From Raphidiopsis brookii D9 (GTDB lineage Bacteria; Cyanobacteriota; Cyanobacteriia; Cyanobacteriales; Nostocaceae): 32,000 nt of DNA. Positions within the stretch are counted from its first letter, which is position 1; the number at the start of each line of letters is the position of its first letter. Where the stretch lies: the NCBI GenBank assembly GCA_000175855.1, contig ACYB01000035.1, positions 90,001-122,000 of the forward strand. The letters run 5' to 3'. Below are positions 24,956 through 32,000 of the stretch, in pieces. The translations under genes and the position numbers were made by a program. Under the pieces are notes generated by a model. That model was given only the letters and a program-made list of their open reading frames with translations, was not told where the DNA came from and did no database searches.

Positions 24956-26030
24956 ATGGCAACTAACACAGCGGATACTGGCAAACAAAAAGCACTGAGT
25001 ATGGTGCTAAACCAAATTGAGCGCAGCTTTGGTAAAGGAGCAATTATGCGTTTGGGTGATGCTACCCGAATGCGAGTAGAAACCATTTCTACCGGAGCAC
25101 TAACCCTGGATTTGGCCTTGGGTGGTGGTTTACCCAAAGGGAGAGTCATAGAAATCTATGGACCAGAAAGTTCCGGTAAAACCACTGTGGCCCTCCATGC
25201 AATTGCGGAAGTACAAAGAAATGGGGGTATAGCAGCTTTCGTGGATGCAGAACACGCTCTGGATCCTACCTATGCAGGTGCATTGGGTGTGGATATTGAA
25301 AACCTGCTCGTTTCCCAACCGGACACTGGTGAAGCTGGTTTGGAAATAGTTGATCAGTTAGTACGCTCCGCTGCAGTTGATATAGTAGTAATTGACTCTG
25401 TAGCTGCCCTAGTACCTCGTGCTGAAATAGAAGGGGATATGGGTGATGCCCACGTGGGTTTACAAGCTAGATTGATGAGTCAGGCTTTGCGTAAAATTAC
25501 TGGTAACATTGGTAAATCCGGTTGCACAGTTATTTTTATTAACCAATTACGTCAAAAAATAGGAGTTACCTATGGTAGTCCAGAAACTACCACAGGTGGT
25601 AACGCCCTAAAATTTTATGCTTCTGTAAGATTAGATATCCGCCGAATTCAAACACTCAAAAAAGGTTCCGATGAATTTGGTAATCGGGTTAAGGTTAAGG
25701 TAGCAAAAAATAAAAGTTGCACCACCCTTTAGAGTAGCTGAATTTGACATTATATTTGGTAAAGGAGTTTCAACCCTGGGTTGCTTAGTAGACCTAGCAG
25801 AAGAAACAGGAGTGCTAATTAGAAAAGGTGCATGGTATAGTCATAACGGAGAAAATATTTCCCAAGGTAGAGATAATGCCATCAAATACCTGGAAGAGAA
25901 ATCTGATTTTGCCGAAAAAATTAAAGAGCAGGTACGTGCTAAACTAGACCAGGGGGCGTTAGTTTCCGCCAATTCTGTGGCTAAGTCCACTGAAGAGGAA
26001 GTAGAGGAGGAAATAGAAGAGGAAGAATAA
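24956..26030 (+). pseudogene. recA: Recombinase RecA, reading frame broken by one extra A at 25712-25715
   Basis: The N-terminal 258 aa (GPESSGKTT, the L1/L2 regions) end ...[14 protein letters not shown]. The next frame continues [51 protein letters not shown]... to 26030. The canonical junction is KNKVAPPF. The span is 1075 nt, i.e. 3n+1. Confidence 0.9.
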
Positions 26031-26162
26031 ACTTCTATCTTGTGCTGACAGTGGTTTTTAATCACCATCTTTCGCTATTTGGGTGCGTCTGTCTGTCAGC
26101 ACACAACCTAAAATCCTTAACTTTGAAACCAATAAAAACTGATTACCGCAAACCCATTAACA

Positions 26163-27101
26163 ATGTCTTTTTTTCGTGAAGATGAATTCCTGAACAATTT
26201 GGGCAATCAAGTTCTAACAGCTACCACGTCCCAATTCCCCCAATTGTCTGATGACCAAATAGCTTTAACCTGGGTTGTTTACGACCCTCCTGTTATTGTC
26301 AACACAGGTGGCGCTTTGACCCCTAATGCTTTTTGGCATCATCCAGTCCGAGGTTTTAGTTATCGTGGTGAAAACCGGATCTATCCCGCTAGTATAGTAA
26401 AATTGTTCTATATGGTGGCAGCTTATGAGTGGTTGGAACGGGAAATGACTACCACTTCTAAGGAGTTGGAACGAGCCCTGAACGATATGATTGTGGATTC
26501 TAGTAATGATGCTACTAGCTTGATAGTTGACATTCTTACCGGAACCACCTCCGGTCCAGAATTGCCTACTGAGCCTTTTGCCACTTGGAAGTATCAAAGA
26601 CAAATTATTAACCGTTATTATCAGTCCCTGGGGTGGCAAGAAATGATGAGTATTAACGTTTGCCAAAAAACCTGGGGTGATGGTCCCTATGGAAGAGAAA
26701 GAGCTTTTTACGGGGAAATGTTTGAAAATAGAAATATGTTAACTACTAATGCTACTGCTCAGTTGTTACACAGTATTGTGGGCGGTGTGGCGGTTTCTAG
26801 TCAGCGTTCTCAGCAAATGCTGACCCTACTCAAGCGAGAAATTAGTACCGATGAATTACTAAAAGATTTAGAAGAGGATCAGGTTACAGGTTTTTTAGGA
26901 GGTGGCTTGCCTCAAAATAGCCAAATCTGGTCAAAAGCGGGTTGGACTTCTTCTGTACGCCATGATGCTGCCTATATTGAGTTGCCCAATCACCATCCTT
27001 ATCTGTTAGTAGTTTTTACAGAAGGGAAGGAAAACGCTAAGAATCGGGAAATTCTGCCTTTTATCTCCGCTGAAATTGCTCATACCATGACCAAGTTGTG
27101 A
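26163..27101 (+). CDS. Class A beta-lactamase-related serine hydrolase
   Basis: It has an SxxK motif (PASIVKLF), an SxN-like motif (DSSNDAT) and a K(T/S/A)G-like motif (SKAGWT). Confidence 0.7.
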   Translation: MSFFREDEFLNNLGNQVLTATTSQFPQLSDDQIALTWVVYDPPVIVNTGGALTPNAFWHHPVRGFSYRGENRIYPASIVKLFYMVAAYEWLEREMTTTSKELERALNDMIVDSSNDATSLIVDILTGTTSGPELPTEPFATWKYQRQIINRYYQSLGWQEMMSINVCQKTWGDGPYGRERAFYGEMFENRNMLTTNATAQLLHSIVGGVAVSSQRSQQMLTLLKREISTDELLKDLEEDQVTGFLGGGLPQNSQIWSKAGWTSSVRHDAAYIELPNHHPYLLVVFTEGKENAKNREILPFISAEIAHTMTKL

Positions 27102-27109
27102 TTTATCAT

Positions 27110-27748
27110 TTATGAGAATTTTGTCCGGCGATAGATTTCTCTTATGGGAACTTCGACGTTTATACTGTGGAAGATAACTGATTGCTCAATTTGATCATAA
27201 ATTTCCAATTGCCAAAGATTGTTTTTTTCCCCATGTTGTTTATAATATAGTTCAACGTATGGTTCATCCTGAGCAACTAGTACATATTCAATAAAACTAG
27301 GGAGGGAGCGATATTTTCTAAATTTGTCTCCCCTGTCATACTTTTCCGTAGAAGGGGAAAGAACTTCGATAATTAATAGGGGGTTAAGAACTTCATCCCT
27401 GCGATTGGGACTGAATTCGGGACTACCATCAATTACAAATATATCAGCATAGGTTCCATGATTTAAGCTGGGTAGCCAGATTCTTAAATCGCTATTATAA
27501 GTCTCAAAACTGCTATCTCTAAGAGCAAGGTTCAAAAAGGTAGTTATATCCACAGTAATACGACTATGAACTTCCGAACCTCCTGGCATAATCATTATCC
27601 TTCCATCTGCGTACTCATGACGTTCTTGCCCAGTTTCCTCAATCCTTCTGTACTGATCTGGAGTTAGGAGGATTTCAATATCATTCCCGGGAACTGCGAT
27701 CGCTCGATTAGTAGTGTTACTATCAAACCTATTGTTGGCAATAACCAT
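27110..27748 (-). CDS. Uma2 family (DUF820) restriction-endonuclease-like protein
   Basis: YEYADGRIMIMPGGSEVHSRI...ADIFVI...PLLIIEVLSPSTEKYDRGDKFRKYRSLPSFIEYVLV is the typical Uma2 PD-(D/E)xK core. Confidence 0.8.
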   Translation of the reverse strand: MVIANNRFDSNTTNRAIAVPGNDIEILLTPDQYRRIEETGQERHEYADGRIMIMPGGSEVHSRITVDITTFLNLALRDSSFETYNSDLRIWLPSLNHGTYADIFVIDGSPEFSPNRRDEVLNPLLIIEVLSPSTEKYDRGDKFRKYRSLPSFIEYVLVAQDEPYVELYYKQHGEKNNLWQLEIYDQIEQSVIFHSINVEVPIREIYRRTKFS

Positions 27749-27757
27749 TAATTCACC

Positions 27758-28726
27758 TCAGCAACTTTTAGTTTCTTGACAAGACTCACCATGACAATGA
27801 TTTACCTCTATAGAAACATGAGCAATAGTTGGAATATCCCTGAGTAGCATTTTATAGTATTCTGGGGTTTTTGGATCATGGGTAACTAAGGAAATCATAG
27901 CTGCTAAATGATGCTGTCCAACATACCAAATATGTATATCTGTCACCCGATTATCCGAATTTTCCTCAATGGCATTGACAATGGCCAACCTGATTTTTTT
28001 ATCAGCAGACCCATCCAATAAAATCAAACCGGTATCTTGTAGCAACCCGTAAGACCATTGACTAATTACTCCTGCACCCACCAGTCCCATTGCTACATCC
28101 ATCCATACCCAACCTAAAAATTTACCGGTAAATAAGGCAATAATGGCAAATATGGAAGTCAAAGCATCTGCTAAAACGTGAAAATAGGCAGCACGTAAAT
28201 TATGATCCTGTTGGCGTTCATGATGATGTTCGTAATCATGTTCATGGTGGTCTTGCAATAAAAAGGCGCTGACTATATTGACAAATAGTCCAATAATAGC
28301 TATGGTTATGGACTCATTGAACCGAATTTCGGTGGGTGTCAAAAATCGCTGTAACGATTCAATCCCCATAAAAAGGGCAATAATTCCCAAGACCACAGCA
28401 CTAGTAAATCCAGCTAGGACGCTAACCTTGCCAGTGCCAAAGGTATATTTAGGATTGTTGGCATTATTGCGTGCATATTGATAAGCAAAGACAGTAATAC
28501 CAAAAGCTGCAACGTGGGTAGCCATGTGCCAACCATCAGCTAGTAAGGCCATAGAGCCAAAAATCGTCCCTGCTGCAATTTCCGCTATCATAGTTAATGC
28601 GGTTAGCACCATAACAATTTTGGTACTTTTCTCAGCTTGGTGCTGGTTACCAGCAAAATCGTGGGAATGTTGCCATTCTTCTAAAGTATGAACATGCACA
28701 GGTTTTTGACACTCCTTTACAACCAT
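27758..28726 (-). CDS. dmeF: CDF family Co(II)/Ni(II) efflux transporter DmeF-like
   Basis: HSHDF...MVLTALTMIAEIAAGTIFGSMALLADGWHMATH, a His-rich loop HHEHDYEHHHERQQDHN and HVLADALTS are present. I prefer the start at ATG 28726; the ORF is open to 28804. Confidence 0.8.
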   Translation of the reverse strand: MVVKECQKPVHVHTLEEWQHSHDFAGNQHQAEKSTKIVMVLTALTMIAEIAAGTIFGSMALLADGWHMATHVAAFGITVFAYQYARNNANNPKYTFGTGKVSVLAGFTSAVVLGIIALFMGIESLQRFLTPTEIRFNESITIAIIGLFVNIVSAFLLQDHHEHDYEHHHERQQDHNLRAAYFHVLADALTSIFAIIALFTGKFLGWVWMDVAMGLVGAGVISQWSYGLLQDTGLILLDGSADKKIRLAIVNAIEENSDNRVTDIHIWYVGQHHLAAMISLVTHDPKTPEYYKMLLRDIPTIAHVSIEVNHCHGESCQETKSC

Positions 28727-28988
28727 AATAATATACACATTGTGACCCACCCAGGCACCAGTATAATCACCAGAGTTAATGATAGCAGTGATTGGAGGTA
28801 ACAACCTAGCAATGAGATTGTAAGTATTTGGGCGGTTGTTTGGGTGTTTTCATGACTATATCACAGCGATGACAGACCTTGTCATAGGTGTTGGTTAATC
28901 TGCTAATCTGAAATCTTTTGTTTCTTAATGTATGCTGAAAACGATATTATATAAGGCATCACTTCAGACATCACAGATTGAACGCGCC

Positions 28989-29264
28989 ATGAAAGTAGAA
29001 ACTATTCGCACAACGTTAACCATACCGAAAGAATTGCTAGAAGCAACTGATAAAGCAGTGTTAGAAGGTAAAGCTAAAAATCGCAATGACTTTGTGGTGC
29101 AAGCTCTGAAAAGAGAACTAGCAGCACAAAAACGAGCTGAAATTGATGCCGCTTTAGCGGAAATGACTAGAGACCCGGATTATCAAGCGGAAGTTTTAAG
29201 GATGGAGGTGGAATTTGCTACGGCGCAATGGGAAGCATTGCAGCTAGGGGAATCTCCACGATGA
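28989..29264 (+). CDS. Ribbon-helix-helix (CopG/MazE-like) antitoxin
   Basis: MKVETIRTTLTIPKELLEATDKAVLEGKAKNRNDFVVQALKREL is an RHH N-terminus. Its stop overlaps the mazF start in ATGA (29261-29264). Confidence 0.7.
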   Translation: MKVETIRTTLTIPKELLEATDKAVLEGKAKNRNDFVVQALKRELAAQKRAEIDAALAEMTRDPDYQAEVLRMEVEFATAQWEALQLGESPR

Positions 29265-29617
29265 GAAGGGGTGAAGTGTATGATGCGCGTCTTGAAATGA
29301 CTGAAGGTTCTGAACAGGGGGGAACCCGTCCAGTAATTATTGTGAGTCGTGACGTGATTAATCTATCTAGCCCGGTTGTTTTAGCAGTACCATGTACAAC
29401 CTATCAAACAGGCAAGCGGGTTTATCCCACTCAGGTTTTGATTTTAGCACCAGATGGTGGTCTCAGGAAAGATTCGGTCGCAATGGCAGATCAGGTGCGG
29501 GTTTTGTCGAAAACGCGCTTTTTGCGATTACGTGGTGTGCTTTCTGAGGTGGTTATGGCCCATCTGGCCCAGGCCCTATTAATTGCTTTGGATTTATCAG
29601 GGGAACATAATAGTTAA
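29261..29617 (+). CDS. mazF: Type II toxin-antitoxin system PemK/MazF family toxin (endoribonuclease)
   Basis: MRRGEVYDARL...GSEQGGTRPVIIVSRDVIN...VLAVPCTT...DSVAMADQVRVLSKTRF is the MazF/PemK signature. Confidence 0.85.
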   Translation: MRRGEVYDARLEMTEGSEQGGTRPVIIVSRDVINLSSPVVLAVPCTTYQTGKRVYPTQVLILAPDGGLRKDSVAMADQVRVLSKTRFLRLRGVLSEVVMAHLAQALLIALDLSGEHNS

Positions 29618-29648
29618 AGGGGGGATTCCCCGTGAAAGTCCCCCAAAA

Positions 29649-29810
29649 TCAACGTCGTTTGGCTGTGCTGCGGTTCATTTCTCGGTTTTCTTCCTCTCGA
29701 CGACGGCGATCGCGCCAATCCGCTAAGGTTAAATAAACTACACCGCCCGTAACCCCTACTAGTAACATTAGGGCAACCACAGCTAAAATACTCAGTAATG
29801 AACTCTCCAC
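29649..29810 (-). CDS. Small single-TM protein with a highly charged Arg/Glu tail (hypothetical)
   Basis: A GTG at 29810, 8 nt after the petN stop, gives VESSLLSILAVVALMLLVGVTGGVVYLTLADWRDRRRREEENREMNRSTAKRR. The ATG start in the track (29852) would overlap petN by 35 nt. No family recognised. Confidence 0.3.
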   Translation of the reverse strand: MESSLLSILAVVALMLLVGVTGGVVYLTLADWRDRRRREEENREMNRSTAKRR

Positions 29811-29817
29811 AGTCCCC

Positions 29818-29904
29818 CTACAGTCCGTTACGTCCCCAAACGACCATGGCAATGGACCATGTAAAGACGACCATTAGTGATACCCAACCTAGTGTCAAAA
29901 TCAT
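29818..29904 (-). CDS. petN: Cytochrome b6-f complex subunit PetN
   Basis: Hand translation gives [28 protein letters not shown] (28 aa), matching the PetN consensus ...[23 protein letters not shown]. It is not in the ORF track. Confidence 0.85.
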   Translation of the reverse strand: MILTLGWVSLMVVFTWSIAMVVWGRNGL

Positions 29905-30014
29905 AGTTCTACTTTTTAAATAAACAAACCACACCTTCTTATCCTACCAAAAATTCGGTGGCAAAATTCTTTGCTGTTGGCAAAGCTTTCTGCTATACCA
30001 GAAATGTCGGCGTT

Positions 30015-30914
30015 ATGGCAAGTAGTAGGAAATTGCCATTTAGGAAAGTCAAAGTGGAATTTAATCAACAACTTTTAAAACATTACTGGAAACGTCACTT
30101 AGAATCAGAACACCAACAGCCACATTTATTCAGTTCTGTGCACGTTTTTGACAGTTTGCCGTCAACAAATCAAATGGCGTGGCAATTATTGAGTCAAGGG
30201 GAAAAACAGGGATGTGTAGTGATTGCCCAACAGCAAACTGGGGGAAAGGGACAGTGGGGAAGACAATGGCTATCTCCCCAGGGCGGATTATATATTTCCC
30301 TGGGCATACCTTTACAACTGGAAGTTGCCAATGGGTATCAACTAACTTTGGCCAGTGCTTGGGGAATTGCATCCCAGTTAGAAAATTGTGGCGTGGAAGC
30401 AAGAATAAAGTGGCCAAATGATTTAGTATTAAATCGTCGTAAACTGGGAGGGATTTTAACAGAAACTAAAGTTCAACAAGGACAAATTACCCAGGTGGTC
30501 ATTGGCGTAGGTGTCAACTGGAAAAATCCCGTGCCAGAAACCGGTATTAACCTACATTCTTGGCAAAACGAGAATTTATCGCCAATTTCTGGACTAGAAA
30601 TGCTTGCTGCTCAGGTTTTGCTGGGAATAGGGTTCGGTCTCGATTGTTGGCAAAAGGAAGGAATAAGCATTCTTTTGTCCCGTTATCTGGATTTACTTAT
30701 CAATTTGGGTGATCAAGTATATGTCAATATCCCATTTTCAAAGGGAAATGAGGATCATTGGCTTGGAACTAGTGTTTTGGCTACCGTGGTTGGGGTTACA
30801 CCCCAAGGTCATTTGCGCCTACAAACATCCGGAAATAGAGAGGAACTCACACAACGAGAAATTTCCCTCGAACCAGGTACAATCAGTTTGGGTTACACTC
30901 AATTCTCTGTTTAG
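30015..30914 (+). CDS. birA: Biotin--[acetyl-CoA-carboxylase] ligase
   Basis: VFDSLPSTNQMAW...VVIAQQQTGGKGQWGRQWLSPQGGLYISL and IKWPNDLVLNRRKLGGILTE are BirA catalytic-domain motifs. The start is uncertain: ATG 30015 is preferred over GTG 29958. Confidence 0.8.
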   Translation: MASSRKLPFRKVKVEFNQQLLKHYWKRHLESEHQQPHLFSSVHVFDSLPSTNQMAWQLLSQGEKQGCVVIAQQQTGGKGQWGRQWLSPQGGLYISLGIPLQLEVANGYQLTLASAWGIASQLENCGVEARIKWPNDLVLNRRKLGGILTETKVQQGQITQVVIGVGVNWKNPVPETGINLHSWQNENLSPISGLEMLAAQVLLGIGFGLDCWQKEGISILLSRYLDLLINLGDQVYVNIPFSKGNEDHWLGTSVLATVVGVTPQGHLRLQTSGNREELTQREISLEPGTISLGYTQFSV

Positions 30915-30953
30915 TCATACCATTCTTAAACTTACCCACAAATTAAGGAAAAA

Positions 30954-32000
30954 ATGTCCCATTCCCATAGATCTACTAAAAAGCAAAGACGGTATAATCG
31001 AAATTTAACAGGCAGACGTTTTGCTTGTACAGTACCTCTATCATGGTTGAGCAGTATTAGTTTAATAAGTGGTGGTTTTGTATTTGCCCAAACTGAATCA
31101 CCACTAAATAATATTGTCTCTACTGTGGAAGTTTCTCAACCAACTACGTTGGGAGATAAAGGGCAAAATGGTAATAAATCCGTACCAGTGGAATCAGAGT
31201 CAGAAAGTTCTCCAACTTCAGTAATCCTGAAGGTTCCCGTACCTCCTGTACAAAACTCACTACCTGAAGCATTATCAAATAGTACGCGATCGCTTGAGAA
31301 AACATCTACACCAGTCATTCCAGCAACTGGTGAAATTGGTAATAGCAACAGCCAGATTACAGGTAAGGATTATAATGGTAGCCAAATTGATCCCACCGAA
31401 TATAACGGAAATAGGAGTGATGAATATGATGCACCTAGCTCCGTGGAAGTTACGGTAAGAGATCAAGGTTGTAAAGTGGTTACCTCCCAGGTTAAAAAAT
31501 CTCCTGGTACTTGTACTCAAAAAAATCCCTCTAAACCATCAGTGGTAAATTCTACTCCAAAATCACCACCTACTTGGTTGACAAAAAGTTCACCTGCAAG
31601 TGTAAGCACAAGCCCGATTAAAACAATCCCCAATCACAACACAGGGGAAACTGTCATTTCCCAAAATCAGAATAGTCTAAAAGCCAATTCCCGTAATAGA
31701 AGCGCTGAAAGACAGGTTTATATGGAGATGAGTTTAAAAAAAGTTAGCTACAATCAACCTCGGATCCCTGACCCCAGGGAATTTTCTTCTAGCAAAATGG
31801 TCACCCCAAGCACTTCTGGTTTTGGCACCCTACCACCACCAATGATAGAAGGAAAGGTGCCACCCCGTCCCAGTAAGGTTTCCTATGATTTTGATCTGGC
31901 ATCGGTTTTACCAGAAGGCCCTTATATAGTTTCCTTTGCTGATAATAGCACTATTTCCAGTAGTATTTCGGGTTTTACATTTCCTTTATCTTTTGCAGCG
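30954..32000 (+). CDS. Secreted Ser/Pro/Thr-rich protein, probably the N-terminal part of an M23 (LytM-type) metallopeptidase (partial, runs off the right edge)
   Basis: ATG 30954 opens a frame that stays open for 349 codons to the window end, which is why it is absent from the ORF track. It has a basic N-terminus plus a hydrophobic signal-like segment (LSWLSSISLISGGFVFAQ), then a long low-complexity region. It ends ...GFTFPLSFAA, which resembles the sequence just before the LytM domain in cyanobacterial M23 peptidases. The catalytic domain is not in the window. Confidence 0.5.
   Translation, partial: MSHSHRSTKKQRRYNRNLTGRRFACTVPLSWLSSISLISGGFVFAQTESPLNNIVSTVEVSQPTTLGDKGQNGNKSVPVESESESSPTSVILKVPVPPVQNSLPEALSNSTRSLEKTSTPVIPATGEIGNSNSQITGKDYNGSQIDPTEYNGNRSDEYDAPSSVEVTVRDQGCKVVTSQVKKSPGTCTQKNPSKPSVVNSTPKSPPTWLTKSSPASVSTSPIKTIPNHNTGETVISQNQNSLKANSRNRSAERQVYMEMSLKKVSYNQPRIPDPREFSSSKMVTPSTSGFGTLPPPMIEGKVPPRPSKVSYDFDLASVLPEGPYIVSFADNSTISSSISGFTFPLSFAA

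Noticed and set aside
25705-25715. The possibility that the recA, rdgB and fraD frameshifts are programmed (ribosomal frameshifting or transcriptional slippage).
   Set aside because: The runs are only 3-6 nt, there is no slippery heptamer plus downstream structure, and the shifted products are simply the canonical proteins. Sequencing error or a simple mutation is far more likely.
618-26666. Numerous 60-157-aa ORFs in the track that lie antisense to or out of frame within well-supported genes. Examples: 618-839, 1371-1580, 1833-2066, 2209-2650, 4065-4393, 5611-6137, 6379-6681, 10441-10890, 12351-12578, 13541-14266, 15286-15662, 18164-20384, 21261-21551, 23769-24207, 24235-24621, 24931-25318, 25841-26068, 26265-26666, 28278-28481, 30130-30421, 30709-31008 and 31136-31520.
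   Set aside because: Each overlaps a longer ORF with clear family motifs and has a low-complexity or compositionally odd translation. I treat them as shadow ORFs.

Overview
This window looks like chromosomal DNA from a low-GC cyanobacterium, probably a filamentous Nostocales-type strain. Supporting signs are 18 perfect HIP1 palindromes (GCGATCGC), ycf3, psbK, psbM, petN, an nblS/hik33-type kinase and a fraC/fraD-like pair. Most genes are housekeeping: gatC, ycf3, murE, an aminotransferase, rdgB, a phosphohexomutase, purN, purD, a duplicated cobO-type adenosyltransferase, a Ski2/HelY-like helicase, a tandem USP, a 2Fe-2S ferredoxin, moeB, recA, birA and the start of an M23 peptidase. A few accessory genes are interspersed: a DUF4231/SLATT membrane protein, DUF29, a Dabb protein, a Uma2 endonuclease, dmeF and mazEF.

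I did not find a convincing multi-gene novel system such as a defence island, CRISPR array or retron. The observations most worth follow-up are:
1. A DUF3782/PD-(D/E)xK protein whose charged helical linker is inflated by about 14 near-identical in-frame 54/75-bp tandem units.
2. Three conserved genes (recA, rdgB, fraD-like), each broken by a single extra base in a short homopolymer. This is either a systematic sequencing artefact or real gene inactivation.
3. A short IS200/IS605 tnpB 3' remnant with a perfect 10-bp hairpin, next to a compositionally foreign Dabb gene.
4. Three photosynthesis micro-genes (psbM, psbK, petN) that are too short for the supplied ORF track.
5. A LexA-box-like site over the recA -10 element.

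All functional calls come from reading the translations by eye. No searches were run.
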